From Octopus vulgaris (Eukaryota): 64,000 nt of DNA. This document shows, in pieces, positions 11,046-23,784 of this stretch (the first letter of the stretch is position 1; every line of letters starts with the position of its first letter). The stretch covers positions 86,614,001 through 86,678,000 of the forward strand of contig OX597821.1 of the NCBI GenBank assembly GCA_951406725.2, written 5' to 3'. Both the position numbers and the translations under genes were made by a program. Under the pieces are notes generated by a model, which was given only the letters and a program-made list of their open reading frames with translations, did no database searches and had not been told where the DNA came from.

Positions 11046-11577
11046 TATCCCCTATCGAAAACAATATTGGTTCCAATAATGAATTTTTTCAAATGGAATG
11101 CAAATTGCTGCGAGTTTACCTCGTGGCCAGCCAAGTTTTCCTTTATTTCAAATCCCATTTCAATTTCATTTGAAGCCGTTTTGTCACTTCAACTGGAGTT
11201 GCAATGCTGAACTTCTGTTGCTGCCACTACAACAGCAGCTCAACAACACTCACCCGCCGCCACTTAAGACACTGCCAGTTTATGTACCTTAAGATGTTGC
11301 CTGGTTTGACACAACCAGATGGTCCTCGGACATCTCTAATAAAATCCACATGAGTATTTGGATCAGGTCTCCAGTTCCTTCCTGTCGTTGTTCAGGCCAA
11401 GCATCATTCATACTAATCTCACCAGTCTTGAAAGGATTGTAAAAGTCAAGAGCAGTGCCTGTGACCTCCTTTTGTGATAAACTTATTAGAAGAAGTCCTC
11501 TCCCAATTTCTTGCACAGCAAATTAAAATTGTGTCTTGTTCAGTATAGTTATTGATTGGTACTACTCTTCCCTAAAA

Positions 11578-11763
11578 CAGTGATTCTCCGCCTTTTTAAT
11601 ATCCAGGCTGGATCCAAAACCTGGATTTTTTTAGGGAGCTGCACCAAAACAAAGTAAAATACAAGTCAATTAAAGAAAAACTTATTATATCTATAGAGGG
11701 AAGAACATCAGGGGCTGCCAGAAGGATGCTTATAGCCCTGAGAGCTGTGACTGAGAACCACTG
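11578..11763. mobile_element. hAT-type MITE, diverged
   Basis: TIRs CAGTGATTCTC / GAGAACCACTG; 8-bp flanks CCCTAAAA / CTCTAAAC. Confidence 0.65.
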
Positions 11764-12783
11764 CTCTAAACTTTAGGTATACTTCTTAGCTCTTCTCCCT
11801 CTCACGTCAACTGTGGTTTTTAAACTCTTTTGTAAAGACCTTACCTAATTTTTACTCCCCAGTAACGTATCGCTCAGATATTCACTTACAGCACAAGTGT
11901 CCACAGTAACACAGCAATTGAAGCTATAAACTATAACGACTTTCACTTAGTCGTCCATATCCCACACATCACTAGCCGGTGTTTTGTTGTCTGTAGGCAA
12001 CACACTGAATTTTATGAAATGTTTATCTAAACATCTCCATAAACCATAATTATTACAGATTTCAACATGATACAATGGGGTCATAACTATGTAGTTTGCT
12101 GTCTCACGGTTCTTAAGTTTTAGTCGTTCTGAAGTTAGTTGCTCTGTTTGTCTCTCAGGTCTTAACTCCCAGTAATGTAAAGTTTATTTTATATTTCTGT
12201 TGTCATTTATTTGAAGCTGAGGTTTCACTTAGTTGCAACTCTGAGTTTCCCAATATACATTCCTCACAACAATAACAATGCGAAACTCAGAGTAAGCAAC
12301 AGTGAATTCACAGTTTTGAATAAACTCTACAATTCATAGTTTTACATTTTTTTGCTCTTTGTTCATGTTAACAGACATGCAGACATACATACTTTAAAAA
12401 TGGCTTTCATTTTGAATTGAATGCAACTGATTGTGTTTCTACTCACTGGTTACAAGTTGATATCCTGCAGCATTGTATTTTCAAGCGTGTCAGTTATTAA
12501 AAGGAAAGTATATTATGTAGAGCTTGTGTGCACCTGCGAAGCTGTTCTTACTATCTGGTTTGGTAATAGTTATACCTATCAGTCTTACTTGTTCAGCAAT
12601 GATCCTAGATCAATCATAACTATTTGCATTGAGATAAGAAAAAGTAAACTTTGAATATCCTTTACAAGATATTACTTAATTGTGATCTTTTTTTTTTGTG
12701 TCCTGTCCTCCTTGATAGGACGCACAACCTGTTAGTTAATAATCCTGTGTGTTATCAACTTGGCCATTTATATCTACTTGAAG

Positions 12784-13158
12784 ATCATCATCATCATCAT
12801 CGTTTAGCATCCGCTTTCCATGCTGGCATGGGTTGGACGGTTCAACTGGGTCTGGGAAACCAGAAGGCTGCACCAGGCCCAGTCTGATCTGGCAGTGTTT
12901 CTATGGCTGGATGCCATTCCTAACGCCAACCACTCTATGAGCTTAGTGGGTGCTTTTTACATGCCACCGGCACAGGTGCCAGACAAGGCTGGCAAACGGC
13001 CACAATCGGATGGTGCTTTTTACATGCCACCGGCACAGGTGCCAGACGAGGCTGGCAAACAGCCACGATCGGATGGTGCTATTTACGTGCCACCGGCACA
13101 GAGGCCAGGCAAGGCTGGCAAACGGCCACAATCGGATGGTGCTTTTTACGTGCCACGT
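12784..13158 (-). mobile_element. RTE family A 3' end with three 63-bp internal tandem units
   Basis: (CAT)n tail at the left; GGTGCTTTTTACATGCCACCGGCACAGGTGCCAGAC..GGCTGGCAAACGGCCAC..TCGGAT repeated three times. Confidence 0.85.
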
Positions 13159-13691
13159 GATTATTAAAAAACAAGAACATTACATTATAACCCTTCAATT
13201 ACTTGAACTGAAATGGCACTGACTATGAATTGAAACTAGATTGATAACTTAATGCTGTTTAATGGCATTTGCTTAAGGTTATGTTATTGAAAAAAACGGG
13301 ATAGGTTTGAATTCATTGCAATATTTACATGATATATTTTACCTGACAGTACTTATCTGCCTCCCACTTTCCTTGCTCTCCCAATATTTCTTTCCTATTT
13401 ACACTGTTTTTTTTTTTTTTTAACTCTTTCTCTATTTGTCATATAGTGTATTTCTCTTTCTAACCAACTCATTATTTATAGCTGTTATTTATGTTCTTAT
13501 TAAAGATTCAGATGGTGTCAAGTTGAATTTTACAAAGTTTATTTCATTTCCCTTTGGAGATTTCTCTCAGTTCAATTCCATTGCCATCATTGGATTAGAT
13601 AGTGAATCTCATTGCACTTTAATTCTGAATAATCTTTGAGCTATAACATTCCAAAGTACTTCTGTCATTGACAGCCAAATTTTTATTTACT

Positions 13692-14065
13692 GGATGAATG
13701 GAAGCACTCCGTCGGTCACGACGACGAGGGTTCCGGTTGATCCGATCGTGAAATTAACGTGTAAGTGGCTGAGCACTCCACAGACACGTGCACTCTTAAC
13801 GTAGTTCTCGGGGATATTCAGCGTGACACAGAGAGTGACAAGGCCGGCCCTTTGAAATACAGGTACAACAGAAACAGGAAGTAAAAGTGAGAGAAAGTTG
13901 TGGTGAAAGAGTACAGCAGGGATCACCACCATCCCTGCCGGAGCCTCGTGGAGCTTTTAGGTGTTTTCGCTCAATAAACACTCACAACACCCGGTCTGGG
14001 AATCGAAACTGCAATCCTACGACCGCGAGTCCGCTGCCCTAACCACTGGGCCATTGCGCCTCCAC
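13692..14065 (-). mobile_element. tRNA-derived SINE family C, full length, with TSD
   Basis: Head GTGGAGGCGCAATGGCCCAGTGGTTAGGGC; 11-bp TSD TTTTATTTACT (13681-13691 and 14066-14076); close match to 43612-44002. Confidence 0.9.
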
Positions 14066-14260
14066 TTTTATTTACTAAAGGATTAGTAAATAAGCTATTA
14101 CACTTTTGAGACAGGTGAAGAAGTTGATCAGCAGACTTTATCTATTACCTCAGAGATAAAGACAAGGGCTCAGAAATGGGTGTTTTTTTAATAGTTTATT
14201 TACTAATCTTTTAAGAAATTAACTGTCAGTAATAAGAAAATACTCATTTCTTTATATAGA

Positions 14261-14520
14261 TCATCATTGTCTTCATTTAACATCTGTTTTTCCATGCTGG
14301 CTTGGGTTGGATGGTTCAATAGGAGCTGGCAAGCCATAAGGTTACATTAGGCACCAGTCATCTGTTTTGGTATAGTTTCTACTGCTGGATGCCCTTCCTA
14401 ACACCAACCACTTTACAGAGTGTATTGGCTGCTCTTACATGGCACCAGCACAGATGATGTTATGTTGTGTCTGCACAGGTGCTTTTACATGACACTGGCA
14501 TGTGTACTTTTGTTGCACTG
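14261..14520 (-). mobile_element. Diverged RTE family A 3'-end fragment
   Basis: CATTTAACATCTGTTTTTCCATGCTGG...CTGGATGCCCTTCCTAACACCAACCAC. Confidence 0.7.
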
Positions 14521-14548
14521 GCATATATATATATATATATATATGCAC

Positions 14549-14948
14549 ACAGGGGTTGCTGAAAAATTCCTGGCTGTAAGGATATCATGAAAGGTCTGGT
14601 TGGAGGCCCAATCTTCTGAGTTCTTTTACAGGGCTTAGAAAAATTGAAGAACCACTGCAATAAATGTGTGAATCTGAGAGGGAAATATGTTGAATAAAAT
14701 CATAATTACTATATTTGATGGCCTATTAGACACTAGTGCATAGGATGCACCCTAGCCTAGGCTATACTTTTGTAAAATACCATCAGTCACGAGTTTTGAG
14801 CCTACATTGAGTACATTGAATGCAGGGGGATTTTTTAAGCCATTTTTGGGAGGAAAAAAAAAGTGCGTCTTATAGGCCATCAAATACAGTAACTGATCCT
14901 CCTCTATTTTCTTTTTCCCAAAGCCAGGAACTTTTCAGCACCCCTTCA
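14549..14948 (+). mobile_element. Mariner deletion derivative, interrupted by a second MITE
   Basis: TIRs AGGGGTTGCTGAAAAATTCCTGG / CCAGGAACTTTTCAGCACCCCT; retains a mariner-like transposase C-terminus LEKLKNHCNKCVNLRGKYVE*. Confidence 0.75.
14709..14889. mobile_element. Tc1/mariner (pogo-like) MITE with TA TSD
   Basis: TIRs CTATATTTGATGGCCTATTAGAC / GTCTTATAGGCCATCAAATACAG; TA at 14707-14708 and 14890-14891. Confidence 0.8.
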
Positions 14949-16179
14949 TGTGTGTGTGTGTGTAAGAAACAAGATACAAATAATGGTCATTACATATTTT
15001 TCCTTTATTGGAGCAAATGTGGCTTACAGCTGTCTCCAGTAGTCATTAGAGGTACAATACTGATAGATTTACTCAATTAGTCTTTTGATCAATTGAGGAA
15101 AATAGAACGACCTTAGAAAATTGAAGCTACTTTTCTATTCTCTCTCTTCTCTTCTCACGTGACCACTGGCCGACTGCTAGCCCTTTTGCGTTTGACTGTG
15201 GTCACTGCCACGTCGACATTCTTCCCTCTGCCGTAAGGCTGAATTCAATTCGTTCCCAGTCGAAAGACGCCTGTTGTTATGTCCAGTTATTATTATTATT
15301 ATTGTTTTTTTACTGTATCTTGTATTTATATTCGTGTAACATCGTCTGTTTTTCTGTCTTTGTTTCATATACATTTGTTGCTTTTTTCCAAGGAATCTAG
15401 TGCTCTTAGCTTAGTTTTTCCTTGGGGCTGGCCAGATTGGAGCAATCTCAAGATTAATCAGCCGAAATTTCGAGGATGATCCGGTTCTTGACTGAAGATA
15501 AAAGGCTTCGAATGACCCGTCCATGTTTTTTTTTGTGTCGTTTATCTGGATGTTTTGTTGTCCCATTTTGTATTTTATTTTTCATATATATATATATATA
15601 TATGTTTTTATATAGTCATTTTATGAATATTTTTTTCTTTTCTGCCTGAGCTACCTTCAATTTATCTTACTTGTGATGCTCCCTCTCATCACCACTACTA
15701 GTACTACTACTACTGCTAGTATTGTAAGATTCAAATGAACTAAATTACCCCATGCCAGATCTTTTAATTTCTGCTCTGTTAGCTGTGTATGAAATTCATA
15801 TAATAAAACTAATGTATAACAATTTTTTTAAAAATTAAGGAAGAGAAAAATATCTATTTGGAGTTGTCTAAAAATATAAATAGACATTATGTAAGGTTCC
15901 ATAGCTTGCCACATGGTTTCAACTGACAAAATAGTAACAAAAAAAGTTATAGGTTAAAGTAAAAATGAAAAGGCAAAACATTTGCAAAAGACATTTAATT
16001 TAGATGGAGAAAATAAACATACATAGTCTAAAAAGTTATTCTCTTGACTCAAGTTTTATCGTTGCTGAATTATTTAAGCCAATATGACCCATTAACTTTG
16101 CATCCAAAGTGTCTATAATTCTCTTCCTCTTTTCACCTTCGTCATCCTTTTAACCCTTTAACATTCAGATTATATATAT

Positions 16180-16593
16180 GGTCGTTCGTGGCCGTTGCCA
16201 GCCTCGCCTGGCCCCCGTGCCGGTGGCACGTAAAAAGCACCATCCATTCGTGGCCGTTGCCAGCGCTGCCCCAGCTGGCCTCCGTGCCGGTGGCACGTAA
16301 AAGCACCATCCGTTTGTGTCCATTGCCAGCCTCGCCTGGCCCCCGTGCCGGTGGCACGTAAAAGCACCATCCGTTCGTGGCCGTTTGCCAGCTCCGTCTG
16401 GCACCTGTGCAGGTGGTACATAAAAAGCACCCACTACACTCGCGGAGTGGTTGGCGTTAGGAAGGGCATCCAGCCATAGAAACACTGCCAGATCAGACTG
16501 GGCCTGATGCAGCCTTCTGGCTTCACAGACCCCAGTTGAACCTTCCAACTCATGCTAGCATGGAATACGGATGCTAAATGATGATGATGATGA
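16180..16593 (+). mobile_element. RTE family A 3' end with internal tandem units
   Basis: Repeated GTGCCGGTGGCACGTAAAAGCACCATCCG units; (ATG)n tail at ~16578-16593. Confidence 0.85.
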
Positions 16594-16629
16594 TTACTCT
16601 GTCAAATATAATGCTTATTTATTCTCATT

Positions 16630-16790
16630 CATCATCATCATGATCTAATGCCCATGCTGGCATGGGTTGGATAGTTTGACCAGGGCTGGTTAGCTGAGGG
16701 GCTGCACCAGACTCCAGCCTGATTTGGCATGGTTTCTATTGCTGCATGCCCTTCCTAACATCAACCACTCTGAGAGTGCAATGGGTGCAA
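16630..16790 (-). mobile_element. RTE family A 3'-end fragment
   Basis: (CAT)n followed by CCATGCTGGCATGGGTTGG...TGCCCTTCCTAAC. Confidence 0.75.
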
Positions 16791-16990
16791 TGCATTATAT
16801 TATGGCTTTGAGATTTCAATGATGTAATTGTATATTTTTAGAATGACATTGTTGGGTCGGTGTAAGAGGCTAGATCTTGACAGTTTGAACATGAAGCACT
16901 AGAATATTTGGGCCGGATGTGGCCAGTTTAAATGCTAAGCAGTTTATCCATTGCTTCCTCACTTTGGTCACTGCAAGAGTTATTCATTGT

Positions 16991-17395
16991 TCTTTTACTC
17001 TTTTACTTGTTTCAGCCATTTGACTGTGGCCATGCTGGAGCACCACCTTTAGTCGAGCAAATCAACCCCAGGACTTGTTCTTTCTAAGCCTAGTACTTAT
17101 TCTATCAGTCTCTTTTGCAGAACCGCTAAGTTACGGGGATGTAGATACACCACCATCGGTTTGTCAAGCAATGTTGGGGGACAAACACAGACGCACAAAC
17201 ATATACACACACATACATATATATACATATATACGACGGGCTTCTTTCAGTTTCCGTCTACCAAATCCACTCTCAAGACTTTGGTCAGCCCGAGGTTATA
17301 GTAGAAGACACTTGCCCAAGGTGCCATGCAGTGGGAATGAACCAGAAACCATGTGGTTGGTAAGCAAGCTACTTACCACACAGCCACTTCTGCGC
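16991..17395 (-). mobile_element. SINE family A, full length
   Basis: Reverse complement of the copy at 10640. Confidence 0.9.
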
Positions 17396-20300
17396 TGTTT
17401 TGTTTTTTTTTTTTCCATATTTCTTTGCTTTATGTGATGATGGTCCAGTCCCCCCCTCCTTTTTTTTTCTGAAGTATGTTCGTTGTCGTTTAGCCCTTGG
17501 TCAACATCAGCCCTATTCAAGCAGACCTTCATCCAACAGGTAATCAGTCAAACAACAAAAGGCAACCCACAAATCTGTAGCCTCCAATAAATCAAGCCTA
17601 TATCTTGTTAGCAACCTTTCTGCATATTTTGACATGCATTTGTAGTGTAGCAATCCGGATATGTATTTTCGAGGTGTGTTTGTCAGATGCTGCTAGTAAG
17701 TATAACTTGTGTTAACCTAGTTAATAAAGGATCCTCTCAAAATGTCTCATCCCTTGGACATTGTACATTGTTCAGTGGGGTAATCTAGGAGCTTTAAATA
17801 CCACACCCTTACTCTAATCTATGTACACCACTCCCACAAAGTATCTACAAATGTATTGCATATCTTTCACAGCAAGCTGACAATGTGACTGTGGAATGTT
17901 TTATTGTTTTTCAGGCTTGCTTTAGAAACTATTTATTTTTCTGTTGCATGCTACATAGGATATGAGTATTCTTTCTTTAATTTTTTTTTTCATTTTACTT
18001 ATTTCAATCGTTTGACTGTGGCCATGCTGTAGCACCACCACATGAAATATCTCTTTAATTATGCATTCCACTTATAGTATTTTATATCATTTGAATATAC
18101 CACTATTTTCCAAATGTCTTCCTTTCAAGTGTTCAGTATTCAAGTAATTCATTCTAAATACTTAGTTTTAAATTTTTACCTGCATTTTTGTCTTCTGGTG
18201 TTGTCATAAAGCCAGAGTTTCCATTCTACTTACTGCCTGTCTGTTCAGTACAAAATTTATCATTTGAATCATCAGGTTTTTCGCTATCTTCTACCATTGG
18301 CCAACCTTTATTTAACTGAGAATTTCTGTACTGCCTTCTAGTTCTTATTTTATCGAATATCATTTTGTATCTATGAAAATATGATACTCAAGCTGTTGAG
18401 TTGCTGGCAGATTTCTCTAATGTTGGCATTTGTTGTATGGGCAGGTAAATTCATATACTTCATCAGTTACCCTTAAGTAAAAGAGGCTGATATCAGGTGC
18501 GGTTGTGATTTTTGTTTCTTCTATTCTTGTTTCAGTATGTTCAGGTGTTGATGATGTACATGTTGGTTAGCCTTGACTAGGATCTGGCTAAATGTTTTCA
18601 AGCCGTGGCAATCCATCTTTTTTTTTTTTGCCCTCATATATAATGTGTCTAAGACTATAATGTCCGAAGTTTTTTTTAAATTTCCGTGAGCCATCATAAT
18701 GAAGACCATTTTGGTGCACCACCTTCAAATTCTACTCCCCACTCCCAAGACAGAAGAATATTATAGGAAGCAATAACCTTCCATAGTATTGTTATACATA
18801 TTAAGGGAATGATGTGCCCTGGTTTTGACTTAATCATCTCTAATAACTAATTTAGTGCATTTATTGTAAAAGTATTGTCATTAAAATACTTCCATTGGTT
18901 CAGTGATTGCTCTATTATTGTCCTTGCAGTAAAGTATGAATCTGTTGTCTACTTTATTGGGGTTGAAACCATTTATTTTGTTTTCATGTAAGTTACTACT
19001 TTCTAAATGCGATGCCATAGGATAGTAAAGCTTAGTAATACTTTTCGGAAGAGTTATGCTACTGTGATGTTTGTTGTTGTTTAGCACCATGTCAATCATA
19101 ATTGAAAAGATCTATGATTAAAAGTGTAAAGTGTCCTGTCCATAATAATACCAACTTTTTTAAAGCTATGGGATACATTATCAAGTGTTTTTTTGGGTTT
19201 TTTTTTTTGCTTTTTTTTCTTCTTAAAAACAGTAGGGTTATTTCTTGCAAGCTGAACAACCACATATATGCCCTTTCTTTGAGTAACTGATGTATTGTAT
19301 TTACTCTTGACTAAAAATTAGGTTTATTTTTATTTGCCTATTTCTTTAATGAATTTTAATAGTGAATTAATTTCAATCTTCTTTTAAGTCACTTAAATAG
19401 TTAATGTTTTTAATTATTAGATATCACTATATCTGTAGTTTGTGTGTCATGAATATATCTGTAGTATGTGCAGTTTATGTTTAATGGTGTTGAGTATCCT
19501 GTATTCTATTTCATTCTTATAAGAAACTTGTACACTTGGGCTCAGTAGGGAGACCTGTGCATAGATAATTTATTGTATATGTCATTTTATTAGTGGATGT
19601 TTTGATCTGAGACTTTTATAGTGTGCAAGTAAGCATTAATCATGCAGAGTTTAACATTTGAGCGAAGCTCAACCAAATGACCAGTGGGCATTTAAAGTCG
19701 AGAAAATGAAAATATAAATATTTGAAGTATTGAGGAATGAGTGTTGGAACATAAAAAGAACAATTTTTTATTTTAAAATTTGTGTACAGTTTTAGGCTAC
19801 AATAAGAAAAAAATTTTTTTATATATATAAGACATGTAAACTCACAGCAGCTTGGCTAATATCCTCCTTTACATGTTTTCAATTCATCAGTTGGAAGTAA
19901 AGTAAAGACTAAAATGTGAATAGCACAACAGTGAAATGAAACAAAAGATTTACATCCAAAAGAGATGAGTAAAGAGCATTGTTTGCCACCTTCAAATATT
20001 TTAGGTGTGGAGACCTACTACTACCTTCATAACCTAAATTACATACCCACTCACCAGACCCACTGTTTATTTCCTTCACCATGACTCTTTCTAAAAAAGT
20101 GGAAATACACTAAAGAGAAAAACAAGTTAGATTAATAAAAAAAAAAATACAATCTTTACTATAATATTGGCCAACAATGATTTACAGTTGACAGTAAAAA
20201 CATAATGACTGAATCCCAACAGTATGTGATCATTTTTACAAAAATTATTAAACTTTTCTTTGACCACCACTTGGTTTCTCATATTCTAATAGTGTGTTTC

Positions 20301-23150
20301 TGTTTTTTGGTTGTTAATGTAATTTCAGTGTTATTATAGTATAGGATAGACTGTATTACACTATTTGTTCCAACTCTCTGCACTCTGAGTTCAAATTCCA
20401 CTGATATTAGCTTTACCTATTATCCTATGTGAATCGTTAAAAAAATATGTCTGTGGCAGTGGATTGGCAATCTACCAAAGATACCCACTCTTCTCTATGT
20501 TTCTACACTGAATCCTTAGCTGCAGAGGCTGGATAGGCTTGACAGGCATCCCACTTAAACTGTGATACAAGAGAGCTGTATCTGTATTTGTATGTGCAGA
20601 TGATGTCTATTGCTAGACCTAGGGTCTAGAGGTATACCACTTTCCGGTTGTTGTTTTTTGTCACAGAAAACATCTGATCAGCCTGGAATGTTTGCTTTTT
20701 TGCTTCATTTAGAAGGGACAGGTTCCACTTATCAGGAGATTTATCAACTTAATATCTTCAGAGATTCTTGGATGATAATAACAGTGAACTGGTATGGTCA
20801 TCATTTGTGCATTGTCTCCCTACACTCATCTCTACTGTCCTGGATTAAGTGCAAACTTAAAGTTAGGTGTTTGACACCTGGAATGTCACCAGGTGCCCAA
20901 TGTTCTCCAACAGCTAGACAATGTTGTTAGTAGAAGGTCAACCCTTGAATTCTATAGAGGATTAGTAAAGGACATACGTAACAATGTCCTAGGAGTGGTT
21001 CTGAGTATCATCAAAGACATTCTGAGTACTCTGTTCTGAATGACTTTTCAGGTTGGGGATTATGGAAGATCTGCAAAAGTCCTTGCTCTGACAGTGCAAC
21101 AAAGGAAGTATTCTGTTTGGGTTAAATTTTGCCGGCAGAGTTGTGCTGGGGCCACTAGGAATCAAACTTGCGTGAGATGTATAGGATGACAAAACTGTCT
21201 GGCAGAGACTCAGTTCAGTGTCTATGCATTATTGATTTGTTGGTTCATGTGGGACTAACTCATCACTTCTTTTGGCTAAGAAGAGTGGGTAGTCCAGCTC
21301 TGTTCAGTGGCCTTAACAGAAGAAGCTGTCTGGTGGATGCAGTTGAAAGGTTTGAGGATAAAGACAGAGGCAGATGCTACCCTCCAGTAAATGTGATGAA
21401 ATTAGTATGTCTAAATGGACCTACTCTTATTATGCAACCACTGGCTGGCAATAAGAAGTAGAAGAGTGGTGTGTTTGGTGTGTCATTGTACTTTGAAGTT
21501 ATGTATAGAATGTCCTCAAGCACTATATATGGTTCTCCTTCCACCTTCATTATACAGGATCCATTTTTTTTGTGTGTGGTTTTGTTCTATATTGTCATTG
21601 CTATTATCTATTTATTCATAATGGGTGCAAATGTGGCTGTGTGGTAAGAAGTTTGCTTTCCTGCCACTTGATCTCAGGTTCAGTCCCACTGAACCTTAAG
21701 GTGTGTTCTTTTTATGTTCCAACACTCATTCCTCAATACTTCAAATATTTATATTTTCATTTTCTCGACTTTGAATGCCCACTGGTCATTTGGTTGAGCT
21801 TCACCTAAATGTTAAACTCTGCATGATTAATGCTTACTTGCACACTATAAAAGTCTCAGATCAAACATCCACTAACAAAATGACATATACAATAAGCAAG
21901 TGTTTTATGTGTGTGTGTGTGTGTTGCTATCTCTTTACCTTGACTTCATGTGATAGTTGCAAATGAATGTGATATCCTTCATTTCTAGTCTTCTGTGAAA
22001 ATATGTTTGGTCATGAAGAATATTATGTTGCTTGGAAACAGGTGGAGGTTGGTGATAGGAAGCACATCAGATTGTAGAAAATCCTTTTACGTAGCATAAC
22101 CTTTTACTTAATGTTAATTCCCCAGTGTTTCTTTTTGTTTTATTCCGTATATTCATCAGTATATTGTCCCTAATACTTTTAGCCTTTGTGGCCAATAAAA
22201 GAAATCATTATTATTTATTGACAAGTAATTTACTTACGGAGTTATCAACTCATTATCATTACTACATTAATAATATCTCTAGTGGGAAAGGAATGACCTT
22301 ACACTTTGACCTATCTAAAAAACGAGGCTTGATCGCTGTTAGCAAATGGCTGAACCTCATCTCACACAACTCTTCCTTTCCTTTCATGTATTGTATCTTG
22401 GAGAAAAATTATTAGTTGCAGAAATTATTGATTTAACTCAGTAGTTGTTGTTACTTTTTTTTTTTTTTTTTCAATCTGCCTCTTCCTCAGTTACTTTTTC
22501 TTCCATTTATGGTATTCAGTTCTTTCCAGTGGAATAGAGGTATGGGGGGGTCTCACTTCCTGCTTCTCATATCTGGTTAAAACATGGCTATTTAATACTC
22601 CAGTCCTTAAGACTCTACTATGTGTACGCGCACACACACACACACACACACACATACATGAAATATTTGGTCGTGTGGAAGTGTATGTGTAATTAGTCAC
22701 TTTCTTTCTTGCAGCTACTAAGGCTTGGCCAAACTTGATTGACAACTGTTATCAGCTAAATGTGTCACATATTTGTTTGTTTGTGTGTGTCTGTCTGTCT
22801 CTCTCTCTCTCTCTACTTCCAAACATGAAACACCTGATCACAATGTCAACTCTCTCTCTGCTGATCTTTGAACATAAATGTTTCTCTTCAAGTAAAGAAG
22901 TTCTATTTAAATGTTCAGTTGCGCATTCAGATGATGTAATCTGAATAACCCCTACTCTCTCATCCTCCACACTGACCTCCCTGTCTACATTTAAATTGGT
23001 GATTTGGTGCCCCTAATTACTGGAGCTGTTCTGAATATGAGGAGCATTTTTTAAGTATGCAAATAGAAGTGATTTAGTAGTGAAATTTTATTTTTACTTT
23101 CCATGTTTATTTTTACTTATATGTTTTATAATTTTATACATACACACGCG

Positions 23151-23188
23151 CTGTCTGACGAACAGGAACATGAAACTCTGAGTAACAG
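23151..23188 (+). ncRNA. Minimal type-I hammerhead ribozyme motif of the Penelope-like kind
   Basis: CTGT-CTGACGA-(A..T)-GAAA-CTC T GAG-TA-ACAG: stem I CTGT/ACAG, intact CUGANGA and GAAA cores, GUA cleavage triplet. Confidence 0.6.
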
Positions 23189-23784
23189 TTTTGTGATAAT
23201 CATGCAGCTTTAATGAAAGCATATCACTCTACCTTTGGTATTTGAGTACTATTTTTCCCACCTTGTTTTGCACTTATGTGCTCACCTCTGTGTGTGTGTG
23301 TGTGTGTGTCATCATTTAACATCTGCTGGCATTTTCATCATCATTTAACATTCATGTTGGCATGGGCTGGACAGTTTGACTGAAAACTGATAAGCTGGGG
23401 AGCTGCACCAGATCCCAATCTGATTTGGATTGGTTTCTATGGCTGGATACCCTTCCTAATGCCAAATATATATATGTATATATTTGTCTGGTTTAAGTTA
23501 ATTTAGAAATTTCTTACACTTTTAGAATTTTCTCCCTGCATGTTTACTCTGAAGTCAGAGTGGTGTTTGTCATCAGTGAAGTAGGTTGAATCCAATGAAA
23601 CTAAGTGGTGCAGACACAATTGGCTGTAGCAAATTTTGAACTCATGAACTGATGCTAAGCACATGGCCATTATATCTGTGGGGCCTTTTATGTGATATCT
23701 AATTGTTTAACAAGAGTTGACTTTGCATTTCTTCTAATCCTATGACGAAATTTACCAGTAATACCTTGTGATTCATGATGTAAC

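Larger units (their letters stand above)
16154..16942. mobile_element. piggyBac-type MITE split by two RTE 3' fragments
   Basis: Starts TTAA|CCCTTTAACATTCAG; pieces 16154-16172, 16593-16629 and 16790-16942 are the reverse complement of the MITE at 59989-60209. Confidence 0.75.

Noticed and set aside
10605-11173. Recurring ORFs such as MSSNARGTNT.. and ..RLPNPLTR.. that look like a gene family
   Set aside because: They are translations of SINE family A copies.
11050-11520. Complex, coding-looking unique sequence
   Set aside because: No long frame, recognisable motif or convincing splice pair on either strand; left unassigned.
12950-13158. Regularly spaced repeats resembling a CRISPR array
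   Set aside because: The whole unit is repeated with no unique spacers, there are no cas genes, and the context is a eukaryotic LINE UTR.
15480-15525. CTGAAGA...GAATGACCCGTC hammerhead-like motif
   Set aside because: No GAAA core and the stems cannot be assigned.
20500-21500. Higher-GC stretch with several short ORFs
   Set aside because: No identifiable motif; probably a decayed repeat, but unsupported.
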